Shown here: one piece after another, positions 27,553 to 40,290 of the stretch
How positions within the stretch are numbered: the stretch's first letter is position 1
How the letters are laid out: every line of letters begins with the position of its first letter
Origin: Larinioides sclopetarius
Taxonomy: Eukaryota
DNA: 64,000 bases
NCBI GenBank assembly: GCA_964023285.1
Contig: CAXIEN010000102.1
Coordinates: 2,871,528-2,935,527 of the forward strand
Reading direction: 5' to 3'
Program-made: the position numbers and the translations under genes
Notes under the pieces: model-generated
Told to the model about the DNA's origin: nothing
What the model saw: the letters and a program-made list of their open reading frames with translations, nothing else
The model's database searches: none

Positions 27553-30500
27553 CTAGCTGACCCGGCAAACGTTGTTTTGCCATGTAAATAATTTCTAGAG
27601 AATTTCTAGGGTAGAAAAAAAATAACTAACTTATTGTAAGTGTGTAAGGATGTGGTATATGAGTGAAAAAGGCATGGAGCGCTGTGAACGATGAGGGAAT
27701 ATAAAAATAACAAAACACCAAACATTATTTTTAAAATTTATTATAATTTATTTTAAGTAATAATTATTTATATCATTAATTCATTACATAATATTAATCT
27801 CTTAATGCTACAGCGTGAATAATATTTTTTGTTAGCAAGTCTTTAGCTAATACAAACAAACTTGATGGTTTACCCACTCGAGAGCATGCAACGTATAATT
27901 GTCCGTGTGAAAAACATGGTGTGCTCAAATCTAAGCCACAAACAGACATTGTTTGGCCTTGGGATTTACTAATAGTCATTGCAAATGCCAATCTAATCGG
28001 AAATTGAATACACTTAATTTGAGTTGGCACATCTGTGGGTATAATAGGTATACGTGGTATATATATATTTTCACCTCGAAACTTGTCATTTAAAATGGTG
28101 GCTTCGATAACGTTTTTCATTAATTTTTTAATTACTAATCACGTACCGTTGCACAGCCGTGGAGGGTTCAAATTACGAAGCAAAATAATTGGAGATCTAA
28201 CCTTCAATTGTGAGTTATGCGGTGGCATGCCTGGCAAATCCAGTGAGTTCAAAAACTCTGTTGGAAAATTTACAGTTTCAGTGGCATCGCAAACTGTATC
28301 AATAGATTTATATGATACCATGTCCCCCGGCAATAACTGTTGTATCTTCAGATTCAAAATGTTTTCCACACAATGTGTTCCACATTTTTTTGCCGCTAAA
28401 ATTGATCTTTCTGCAAGCCACTCGAGATTTATGTAATTCGTGTGTACATCGGGAAATATTTTTCCAATGAGAGCATCTTGCGATTCAATGATTGTGCAGA
28501 AATCAGTCGGTAATTTTACGCATCCAGTTTCATCTATAGTGACTTTTCCATCGTCGATATCTAAGAGTTGTTTTGAGAATGTTTCAGCGGATGGATCTTG
28601 AAGCATTTGAACGCGCATATTTACTTTCAGCTATACTTTTTCAACATTACGCCACAATGGCGATGATTTTAAGCAGGCGTTGATTTCATCAGCGTATGTT
28701 GAACGTGGAATGACGGGAAGTGTTTGTCTGAAGTCACCTGAAAGGACTAAGAGTGCCACCAAATAGTTTGTTGCTGTTTTTAATATCTTTCAATGTCCTG
28801 TTCAACGCCTCAAGCGAATGTTTGTGTGCCATGGTACATTCATCCCAGATGATAATTTTACACTGTTTCAGCACTGCGGCTATGGACGATTGTTCTTTTA
28901 TGCTGCACACTGCGTCAATGTTATTTTGAATATTTAGTGGTAGCTTAAATACTGAATGAGCTGCTCTGACTCCATCCAATAAAGTTGCCGCAATACCCGA
29001 TGATGCAACGGCCAATGCGATGCCATTATTTGATCGTATTTCGGCGAGAATTAGCGAAATAAAGAATGTCTTGCCAGTTCCACCTGGTGCATCTAAAAAG
29101 AACCCACCTTGTCCTGCTGAAACTGCGGCGAGCATAATGCGGTCGTAAATGGTTCTTTGTTCCTCATTCATTAGTGGGACATTGCGAGTAACAATCGCCG
29201 CCATTTCTACAGTGTTGTACTGCAGTTCACGATTCATTTCAGTGTTCATTAAATCAGTTGCACCTCGATTTGGCGAATTCATACCGAAATGACTGAGTGG
29301 TAAGTTGGCAATGATAATGCAAAGATCCTCAATCGCAATCAATGCTTCATTGTGCATATCGTCGCTGAATGTTATCTCGAGATCGTTACACTGTGTACAA
29401 TGTTGATGCAATATATCATCAGTCATTGAATCTTTGTGATTATCCCACAATATCTCTGCTCGGGCTGGAAAACATGTAGTCAACACTATAGCGAATAGTA
29501 GATGAATTTGTATTGCTGTACAGTTCAATGGTGCTTCAGCAAGCATACATTCCCACTGGTTGTCATCTTCCAGCAAGGCATGCATCTTTATACGTTAGAT
29601 ACTGTTGCCCATTCACTTTACGTATATCTTGAAATGACAATGGGCCAGTAACATTAACCAACAACAGTCGAAGATAAAAACACTCAGTCTGTCTTAGATT
29701 CACTGTAAATACTCGCCCAAGGCGTTTGATTTGAATAAATTGGGACATGCATCAACTGGTGAACCACGCAATTGCGCCATTCTCACACGCGCTCCAGTAT
29801 TTTCTTCCTAAACTTGTTCTTCGGTTCTTTGGGCTCTTCTATTTCGAATGCTTCTAGATTTATTTGTATCACGGCTTAAATTGGCCCCTTTGCGTTTTGT
29901 TGGCATTGTTCACTGTACAATACAAAACACACATAAATAGAACTGATTGAATTATTTAATGATGAAAATTATTATATTAATAATTTATTTTATCTTTGAT
30001 TACATTAAATATACATGTAAAAATTAGATAGTTTCACAAAAGCGAAAAATTTTATTTTTCTTAATTATATCGAAAATGCATATTGTTAGAAATAGTGAAA
30101 AAAAAAAATTCTGTAGAAGTTAGAGCTCTTATAAATAAACACACAAAAAAAAATTCCCAATTGTAATAAAAATCTAACTTTCACCGAATTCGTTTTTCAC
30201 CATTCCCAACAATATTTTCGTTATAAATACGAAAGAATAACGTATAAAAAGTAATTTATACTTACAACTCAATAGCCGTTGTTTGCGGGAACTCGTGACA
30301 CGTGTTGAGTATTTTAGAGGTTATGTAAATCACTTAATTAACTGATCGTGCGAATTACACTCAAAATTAATAATTTTATTAGTTATTAATAATTAATTAT
30401 ATTCAATAATATTAGTTATTAATAAATAAATAATAAAGTTACTTGAGAATATATTTGATATGAGAGTTACACTGAGATAGTGAAAATGTTTAACTACTAC

Positions 30501-30974
30501 GCTTGACGCATAAACACTAATAATAGCCGAAAACTGTAGAGGGAGTGAGAGAAGGCTTATTGTTTGAGAGAAATAGGAGACCATCTTCGTTGTCATCCCT
30601 ACTCCGTGCTGTTTACTGGGTGAGAAGTGACACCGGTAGACACATGGAGGGGATGACTTACCAAGTGATAATAATTGATGTTATCGAGCGGGATAAAAAA
30701 ATGATAAAATTATTAAAATGACTATTAAAAAGCAGGGGTTGGTGATAGAAGAGTGAAAATTTAGGGTTATATGTATTTTTTTAATGTCACATAATACAAA
30801 AATTTAAAAAAATTTATCCAAAAAATTGGGGTGGACACCCCTTATCACTTAGGGGTTTGAAAGATAGATAGTAGCCGATTCTCAGACTTACTGAATATGC
30901 ATAAAAAATTTCATAAGAATCGGTCGTGCCGTTTCGGAGGAGTATGGGAACGAACATTGTGACACGAGAATTTT
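27553..30974 (-). mobile_element. Helitron remnant, Rep domain absent
   Basis: On the minus strand the 3' end reads hairpin ggcaaaacaacgtttgcc, then gggtcag, then CTAG, followed by host T at 27552. The 5' end reads TCTAATATATAAAA, preceded by host A. Removing 27553-30974 restores a perfect minisatellite junction tatattatta|tagaaatttg. A Pif1-like helicase lies inside. Confidence 0.6.
27794..29760 (-). pseudogene. Helitron Pif1-like helicase domain, frameshifted into four or more ORF pieces
   Basis: Motifs seen: SFQDIRKVNGQQYLTYKDACLAGR and HALLEDDNQWECMLAEA (the Helitron helicase N-terminal signature). Walker A GGFFLDAPGGTGKTF. IIWDECTMAHKHSLEALNRTLKDI. The C-terminal piece FAMTISKSQGQT..GQLYVACSRVGKPSSLFV. 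Confidence 0.8.
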
Positions 30975-31150
30975 ATATATTAGATAGAAATTTGAAAATT
31001 ATTACACAAATTTGAAAATTATTATTATATTAGTATAGAAATTTGAAAATTATTATTATATTATTATAGAAATTTGAAAATTATTATTATATTATTATAG
31101 AAATTTGAAAATTATTATATTATAGAAATTTGAAAATTATTATTATAGAA
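30975..31150. repeat. same minisatellite, array half 2
   Basis: About 6 units of tagaaatttgaaaattattattatattatta. Confidence 0.8.
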
Positions 31151-32439
31151 ATTATTGGATAATTATATATTTTCCATTTAATATTTTTCTTGAACCATTC
31201 TTGTACTGAATGAGTTGATAAGCACACTAGGCCACTTTCCTACATGAAACTATATCCGTCCAACTGAAAGTACCGACCAGTCACTGTTGATATCGACTAC
31301 GAAAAACAAGTTTTTTTAGAGAAATCACCGGAGTTAGGAGGTAACATAGTGTGCTACCGACCGCTATTGTAAATAATTTCTTTCAAATTTGGCTGGCGCC
31401 AAAGCACTCAGACTGGTTTTTTAAAAACGAAGCAAAAAAAATTAGGATCATTAATTTCATCTGGCCATTTATTTATGCTGGATTGCTGTTTTCCATATTG
31501 CTAATTTAGAATACTTCATTTCCCCTATTTCTTTGGATTGAAAATTTTCTTTCAGAATTTTTTGTTTTGTAAGTAGTCGTGCAATTTTTTTTCTTTTGGT
31601 TGTGATATTGCATTATTTAGCATGTAGCAAAATTTTATGAATTTTTCTTCTCTTGTGTGCATTTTTAGGTGTTAGTGCACACAATCAGGAGCAAAAGGCA
31701 GGACTGTGTGCGAAAAAATTTTCATCAAAAGGATAAATGATGCACCACCCAGTAAACCCAGCCTAGAATGATCTCTGCATAATAAATTATTTTTTCATTC
31801 TTAATTTGCATTTTTGTGCAAAAAGTAAGCTTTTTCATCGGGATTTTCTTCTCGTCCAGATGTAGAGGAAGGGATAACTACAATTTATCTGCAACTCCCA
31901 TCGCATTTCTCTTTTTTGAATAGTGTTCTGCAAAGGCAATAATTTATCTGCAGCACCCATTGCCATGCTGCACTGATGTCCTAATTTTTTAAGGATTTTG
32001 GTTTACAGAAACTATGAGATTTGAGTGTGTGTGTGACATCATGATAAACCAGTGGAAGTAGCCTTCCCTAAACGTTCTCGTATAGTTTCCCTGAATTGGG
32101 TCGTTTCCCATCTACCAGCTTTAATAAAAAAAAAATCCACCGAATGTAAAAACTAAAAACCTGATAAAAATTTTTGAATCTGCTCTTAACGCGAAACGTC
32201 ATTTTCACGTAATTAAAATAATCTAACTAATATCAGATTTCGCCAAAAGGAAAAAAAAGCATCCAAATGAAAGAAAAAAAAAACACCTAGGGAAGTCCTA
32301 TTAGACACAATATTTTCCTTTGCTCACAAAACGACGCTTTGCGCATGCATGCGCATTAAAAATTTGGGGAAGCAATTAAGCCACTTCTATTTACACGAAT
32401 GGGGCGAAATTTTTACATAAGTGTGCAATTTATATTAGC

Positions 32440-32930
32440 ACATCACATACTAAATTTTATATATCTAGACCAAAGGGTTTAAGAGTTATAAATTTTACAA
32501 ATATGTGATTATACAGACCGACTGACTTCCCTTGTACGGATTTGGCCCAAAATTTTATATGGACATACATTTATAAAGAAAAACCTGTGTACCAAATTTT
32601 ATCTATCTAGCTTTTCAAACCTTTGATTTATTGAGTTCACATGAAAGCGGACAGACAGATAGCCGAACTTCCCGTTTACGGATTTTGCCCAAAATTTTAT
32701 AGAATCTTACAAATTATATACAAAGACCACATACCAAATTTCAGTCTCGTTGCTATAATGGTTTTTGAGGTATCGTGTTCACAGACAGACAGACTTATTC
32801 CCAAAATTGTGTTTTTCGGACTCGAAGAGGTCTAAAAAGTAGATTCGTCAAAATCTCTCTAGTTCGAATTTTTTGACGATTATAATACTTTCTCTATACG
32901 AGAAAGTAAAAATTATGACCTCATCACCCC
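32440..32930. repeat. solo arm of the long-TIR foldback family (homolog of the 56840-57300 arm), with internal tandem duplication
   Basis: agagttataaattttacaaatatgtgattatacagaccgactgac matches the outer terminus of the element at 56840. The sequence ..cacagacagacagacttattccc.. is duplicated. The tail is gattcgtcaaaatctctctagttcgaattttttgacgattataatactttctctatacgagaaagtaaaaa. Confidence 0.45.
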
Positions 32931-35562
32931 TCAAACCAAAATCCTGGATTCACCACTGTTTAGTTATATTGTACCTTTACAAAAAATACAATGGTTATAT
33001 GAGGACAAGCTCAGTTGTTTCAAATTTGGACAATGAACGAGACAAAGCATTTCAGATGTAATGTGTTATGTTCAAATATACGAATACTCTTTAGTGAAAT
33101 TGAATCCAATTAACCATTATTCCGACATGCCTTTATTATTATGCAGCATATCTAGAAATAAAAAGTTAAGATGGATCTAAGTAAATGCTTATAATTTAGA
33201 ATTCTAATAAAACCAAGTTTTTCTCGTTAGTACAAAAATCATACTATTGTGCAAAATCTGCATGTTAAAGAAATTCAACATAGGTGGCAATATTTCTAGA
33301 ACAATTTCTTTGGTATCAAATCTATTTTGATCGCAATATTAATCAGTAAATCCTCAAGGAAAACATGGCTTAACGATGTTCCTTCAAAAAAAGTTATTTA
33401 CTGTAAGCAGTCTTATCCACAAGCTTTTGTATACAGAGACTCAAAGTTGTACATATACCCCTATGTATCCAAGAGAAAATAAATGTCCTTAATTTAAATA
33501 ATTATAAAGCTCTTTGCTTTTAACCACAATTTAAACCCTAAAACTTCAGCATCAATCAGATTTAAGAAACATGATATACTATGTAAAATATTTTATACAC
33601 ACAATATTCAAATTACCCAGTAAATAGATAAACCAATCCCAATTGTTCTTAATTTTGGTAACAATACCCCTTAACTTGGAGCCAATATAGCTCAAACAAA
33701 ATATGTGAATTTTACACTTTCTTAATAACCAAAATGGACAGATAAATTAAGCAGGGTCAATACGCCACCAATATTTCCAAGAAAAAATGCATCAGCAGCA
33801 CCCTCACACCTTTAATGATATCTGCTATTTTGGAACCACAAATGCTGAATTCTGCTACACATCTAATAAATGAGGAATCTGGAATCGTAAACTTTCATAA
33901 AACTAGTCCAAGTCACATGCCTCAATATTTTCATAATCAATTTTTTTTACTACAGCATATATCCAGTACTAAACTACAGATGAAATCGAAAAGAAACTTT
34001 TCTTTATGAGTAGTACAATTGTTGTATCCGACACTTTTCAGAATTTCACACTCCATAGAGTTCTTCCGGTATTAGCCCCCATAATCTAAACAGGGGTCAT
34101 AGCAGGGTCAGAAAAAATATACAATTCTAAACGAAAAAAAAATAGCAGTTTTAAGAAGAAAATATAGGAGTTTAAAAGAAAAAACATAAGAATTATAGAG
34201 AAATTACACTGTCAGAGACGTTATGCAAAACCTGAATTTGTTTTAACAAGCAGGTACCATTCAAAGCTGCTGAATGAACATATGAAAATGTAACAGATGT
34301 AAAAAAAAGCAAAAAAGTCCTATTTTTAAAACTTCTTTTTATCGAATTAAGTTGCAATGCGATGTCTTTTCAGTTTTTCTCCCTTTTAAGTAAGCAATTT
34401 GTGCCCTGGCTGCAGAAGGGATTGTGAAAAGCATACTTCCGCCATATTGTTAATTAGGAACTGCTTTTTTCTCGTATTAGCTTCGCTAATTAAAGGAATG
34501 GCTGGAATCAACAGCTTTTTTAAAATGTTCTGCTTGATTTCTTAACTTTTTAATTCATCATCACACTTCCTCTTCTAATTTAAAACTGCCCTTTCTTTTT
34601 GCATACAACTTGTGGGCTTCTCCGAAAGATTTCAGCATCTTGAGAGAGATGGGAATTTGTTACATTACTACCTCTGCTTCCGATTTCTGCCTCAGCTATG
34701 TGAAGACTATTAATTGTCTTTCGTTCAAAGCACAAGATGTCATATAGCAAAGATTTACAAAAAAAAACACATTTCAACATCAACTTGTCATGACATATGT
34801 TCAATACCACTTTAATAGATTAAAAGAAATTATGATATTTATCATTGCCAAAATTATTTTTCATTTGTAGTATAGTAGACTAGTAATCATCATATTTGGT
34901 GCAACCTGAGGAATTTTACATAGTTACGAATCCTGGCTGGAGGTTCAAAGATTGAATGGACTTTGAAAAAGACGACACAAAAAGATTTAATTGTATTATA
35001 CATTTACAAATATTTACACTAGGTTAGGCATAAGCAATCCAATCTTCAAAAGACTTCAGCAGATATACAAATCACAGCACTAATAAGAATTTATCACAGT
35101 CAGCAAATTCTCAAACAGTATTTAACTAGTGCTAATAAGTACTTCAGTTGACCAGCCTATTTGTTGATCAGAAGTTCAACTTTACTCAAGTCTGATCTCA
35201 AATATTGTCAATTAACAGACTTAGTTAATCTCTCTCTTTCTCTACTCACAAACTATCCTGGTTAACTGAATCTAATATAATCGAATCATTCTATTGACTT
35301 AGCAGTTAGCTTTTATAACTGTTTAACAGGAAGTGACACAACAGGAATTAAGTAATATCAAAAAATTTCTGGTGGAAGTAAAGATGTATTCAAATTCAAA
35401 ATGTTATCTAGAAAATTCTATTTGTCACCAACTCTGGCAGTGTCACTAAATATAGTAGCCAAGTTCACCAACTCAGTTTTGTCTCCAAAAATTATCACCA
35501 AGTCATTGCATTTATACAATTTGTAACATTGACTTAATCACGCTTGATATATGAATGAAAAG

Positions 35563-37850
35563 CAGTGGCGTGACTACATAAAATGGCGCCCAGGGCAAAT
35601 CTGCCCCCAATTTTTTCTTTTAATATGATCCTTATTCTATTTTCGGAAACGTTTTGACGTGGAATGCAAAGTTTAAAAAGGGATTAAAACTTAAAAAATA
35701 ACAAACATTTTTAGTTGATAGGAATTAGATTTGTTTATTCAACTGCATTGAATTTTCACTGAAAATTTGATACATTTTAAATCCTTAAATATTGCTTAAA
35801 TAAAAGAAATTCGAAGTTTTTTGAAGAACTTCAGTTACATAAGAAATTTATAAATAAAAGGCCCATTCCATTTATGCACTAATCTTTTAATCCATTGGGG
35901 AAAAAACCGCATACATAATAATTATTAAAAATATATATAAACATTTTTGCCAATAATCAGTATATGTACTGGTTATAATAATACTGGTGTCACCCATCCG
36001 AATTATTTTTGGAGTAAATTGAAAAGGTTTTTTTTTATTAAATCGTTTGCATGTAGTTCAATGCAGTAGAAAATATTTGTGCTACTCCTAGTGGTCAATT
36101 TTATTCTGCTGATGATTCATGCCACAATCTATGAAATAAGACAACTGAAGAGGAATCCAAAAATATCCATTCTTAATTCGAATAACTACAAAGGTAAGGA
36201 ACTAAAATGAACCAAAATCCAGGCTTAACTCAAGTTAAAAAAAAAAAATCACTTATACCACTATTATTCTAGCCAACAGATATAAAAACTCGAAACATTG
36301 AAGTTAATAGCTACTGCAAATAAAATCATTCCAAAAGCTGTAATGATTAATAAATATATTTACGAATGATTAATAAAATTATCTGTTGTAAATATAACAA
36401 TGTTTACAACAGAATTCATCAAGTTTTCATACAGATCTTTAAATTTTTTAATCAAAATTGATAACTAATAATTTTTATGTTTTGTCTACCATTTTTTGAT
36501 TACATGCAATTGGGGGATACGCAAATGCAGGACAAAATGCTAATTCAAAAATAAATTTAAATTATTAATTTGTTTTTTATGTGAAGTTTTGTACTTCCTT
36601 TTTATTTTAGTGAACATTATATATTTGTGTGTATAAAAAATACATTATTTCTGAAAAGTTTTAATACCTTTAGGGTATCTGAAAAGTTTATTGACAAAGA
36701 GTTTATGAATACAAACAAATCCAAAATAAGAAAAATCACATTTTTAATAAGATTTAAAATCAATAAATAAATTGTAGATTCTGAAATATTTTTCTGACTT
36801 ATGAAGGTAATCGAAAGAATTCCAGTTTTATTTTGGATATTTTTTTTTAACCACCGAGGCAAATTTTTTGGACAAAAAAATAATTAATTTCAAGTACAGC
36901 AAGTTTTATAAATTTTCTGCCCGATTCTTTTGAATACTGCGAAAAGGTAGATCTGAAGACCATTATCCTGATTATGGTAATTAATTCTAAGAAATATATC
37001 ATCATGCCCATATCATATATTATCATAAGCTCACTTGCTGGAACAAAATTGGCCAAATCAAATTTCTAAATGCTGAATATTTCACAGACAAACTCATGAT
37101 TCCAGATGTTATCGAATAGAAATCTTGAACTAGACATCTAATTTAAAACTAAAATTGAAGTAGTCAGTATAAAATTTAAATTATTTTCACTGAAATTAAT
37201 AAATATACATTATCATCCTATTCAAAAGGAGCTCCAGGCTTGGGCATGATATAATTTCTTAGAATTAATTACCATAATCAGGATAATGGTCTTCAAATCT
37301 ACCTTTTCACAGTATTCAAAAGAAAATGGTATAAAAAGGGCATTCCTTTTTTTCTTGGAGGGTGAGAGGAAGCTGCTGTAAATGTTTGAGAAGTACTTCA
37401 TAATTAATACATAAACCTTTTTGCTATTTCTTAAAAAATTAGTCAAATTATTTAACATCTGTTTGCAAGGTCTGCAGCTTTTACCAGCAATTGTAAAACT
37501 TTATGCATTCTTTCTCTCTCGTATTTTTTTAACATTTGGCAGAGCAATTGCATGAAGTTTTCTGAAATATTTTTTTTTAAATAAACACTACAGCAATTTT
37601 ATCATACAAATTCTGCAGTCCAAAAAAATCGGAAGTGTAATATTACTTGTTACTTTTTTGAAGCTCGCAGTTTCTGCAATTCTAAAAATGACTCCATCTT
37701 AAGGATCTCCTCACATTTTGTTGAAACCATTCAGCTTTTAAGTGTTTTAAAAAATTCTACTTTTGTATTAAATCTAACCAATCAATTTCTTAACTTGTGC
37801 CCCCTTGCAACTGCGCCCAGGGCACCTGCCCCACCCTTGCTACACCACTG
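35563..37850. mobile_element. non-autonomous hAT-like element, TIR CAGTGGCGTGAC / CAGTGGTGTAGC, 8-bp TSD ATGAAAAG/ATGAAAAT
   Basis: The termini cagtggcgtgactacat..ggcgcccagggca and tgcgcccagggcacctg..ctacaccactg are inverted. It is flanked by atgaaaag (35555-35562) and atgaaaat (37851-37858). No long ORF. Confidence 0.65.
36921..37330. repeat. about 90-bp near-perfect inverted repeat with about 235-bp spacer (foldback)
   Basis: 36921-37010 ttttgaatactgcgaaaaggtagatctgaagaccattatcctgattatggtaattaattctaagaaatatatcatcatgccca is the reverse complement of 37241-37330. Confidence 0.8.
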
Positions 37851-39871
37851 ATGAAAATTCTTAGCAATGTTATTTAAAGGAAGGTGTTTAATTAATAATT
37901 AAAAACAGCAACTTTGAAATTTTTTGCTTCCAAATACAAGTGCTTTCTATCTTAGTTTTTTTTTGGCAAGAATTTATTCTCCTTGAAGAACCTAATCAGA
38001 ATTTTTCGGGTCAAGAGAAAGGAGTCTGGATAAATATTTCTTTTTCGATTTTTCAGGCATTATAAACGTTTTTATACAGTACAGTAGAAGTTCAATATCC
38101 CAAAATCGAATGAATCTGGAAAAAATTTGCAGTTATATATGTGAGGTTACCCTTTCAAGCATTAAAAATAATAAAAGTGTATTTGTAATAATGCTTCAAT
38201 TTAAAATTTCTGGAAAAGTTCAGCATTCCATGAAATGTTGAGTAAGTGAACAGCAAACACAGTTTAGCCTGAGCCATAGTAATTTTGGGTTCTTCTGAAC
38301 TCTTTCTCATCTCCAGTCCACTAATCACACACTTGAACTCTGAGTCAAGCTCTGTAACTTTTTGAAATGTTGTTTAAGAAAAGTTGAGAATTTTTTAAAC
38401 TTCTCATTCTGCATATCGCTCCGGTTCTGTGGGGGTTCCTGCTCTTACCCGATTCACTTTTTACAGTAGATAGTTGGGTGTGAAGGAAATAGTATTATTC
38501 ATTTAAAGCAAATTTAAGAAAAAATTTTGGCCCTACAAAATTGTTTTGACATATCAAGGTTTTGAGTGAAAACTCTTTGACATAGCAATCGAAACTAGCA
38601 TTACAGAAATATGGAATTTTGTGGGGGGAAATATTTGAGTAATCAAGAGTATATCAGTTCAGCTATTTAGTCAGTTAAATCAGAATAATTTCAGATAATA
38701 CTTTATGGAGACATTTTTTGCATAGAATTTAATGGTAGATGTAAATATATATATATATATGAGAGTATCTGCAAAATTAAGAATATAGGACTATGAGGCC
38801 TCTCTAAATGTTAATATGAAGCAAAAATAAAACTCTTATGTAGAACTACAGAAAAAAAATTAATCCATGTAAACTAGAATTTCTGTAAATAATAAAATTA
38901 TGCTAATGAAGGGGTGTGGGGAAGCGCCTACAGACTTTTGTTCGACAGAACACCCACTTCACAATGTATTATAGAAAAAAATAATAAATAGGAAACTTAA
39001 TCTCTAAGCCCTTCCTTCTTAAAACATACATTTTATATGAATCTTTTCAATATTTTTATAGCACAACTACCAAGATGGGGAGTCATCTTTCCTGTATGAA
39101 AGAATTAAACCCATTACTATTTTACTACATACAAAAAATAATGGTGAATCATGTATCATTCCAAATAAAACACTTCAGTAAAATGAGCAAGGTTGAAGAT
39201 TAATGAGACGTTAAACAAGAAAGTGGTTTTCTATTTTTTATTTAAGAATTTGACAAATTGATGCATTTATATGATTCCAATCTGCAAAGAAAAAAAGATA
39301 ACAAAATTAGTACAACATGCAATAATCTTAAAACATAAATATATATCACAATTTGAAAATATAAAAAGAATCATGAATAGAGACGTTCTATTTTAAATTA
39401 AAATCTTAATGTAAAACTGTAATTCTACTCGAGACAGATTTAAATTAGAAGTCAACCACTAGTTTTAAAAAATAAGCTGCATAAATGACAGTGGTATAGA
39501 CATCCCAACTTAGTTTTGAATAATTTCTAATACCGTTTGCAAGTAGTTTGAGTAGAAAATTTTTAAACTTCTCCTAGTGGTTAATTATTGTAGTACTGAA
39601 ATATGTAGCCAATTACAGCAAGAGAAACTTAATATTTTTTTTTCAAATTGAAGTAAACATAATATTAAATACATATTAATGGCTTTATATCCCATTATCA
39701 ACATTAAAATACTCACTCATCCAGCTGATTATCAAAAATAAAATTTACCGATGTTAAGTATAAAACTAGTATGATGTGTCCACCACAAAACTTTCTTCTA
39801 TATAATTATATGATTAAAGCCGAGATATATACTACAAACAAATATTGAAAAATTTATGAAAAAATTGAAAT

Positions 39872-40145
39872 AGCAGCGCCACCTGTCGAGCGATCTACAC
39901 AAAAATTTTATCAACAACAATTTAAGTCAAGATAAAACTAAATATAAAATTTCATGAAATTTCTCCCATTAGTTTTTGATGTAGAGTGCCTACGATAAAA
40001 TGTAATAGCAGCGCCACCTGTTGAGCGATCTACTCCAAAATCTAATCAGCAGCAATTTATGTTAAAATACAACTAAATATCAAATTTCATAAAATTCTGT
40101 CAATTAGTTTTTGCGCTAGCGAGCCCACAAAATTTCGGTTACATA
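39872..40145. repeat. tandem duplication, about 138-bp period (2 units)
   Basis: atagcagcgccacctgtcgagcgatctac..aaatttcatgaaatttctcccattagttttt occurs twice in a row. Confidence 0.7.
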
Positions 40146-40290
40146 CACCACACAGACAGACATTTTCTAAAAATAGTGAAATCGTGTTCAGGAGCCCCCA
40201 AAACGTGTAGATCCATCAAAAAACGAAGGTCGAAAATTTTCGCGATTCCAATACTTTCTTCTTATAGAAGAAAGTAAAAAATGAAAAGTG
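40146..40290. repeat. copy of the double-hairpin/TAAAAA repeat module
   Basis: cacagacagacattttc..gaaggtcgaaaattttcgcgattccaatactttcttcttatagaagaaagtaaaaa. Confidence 0.45.

Noticed and set aside
28035-28436. 133-aa plus-strand ORF
   Set aside because: It is antisense to the Helitron helicase pseudogene fragments and has no recognisable domain.
36847-37458. ORFs at 36847-37056 and 37222-37458
   Set aside because: They are generated by the 90-bp inverted repeat. The two arms read as mirror-image peptides and do not encode protein.
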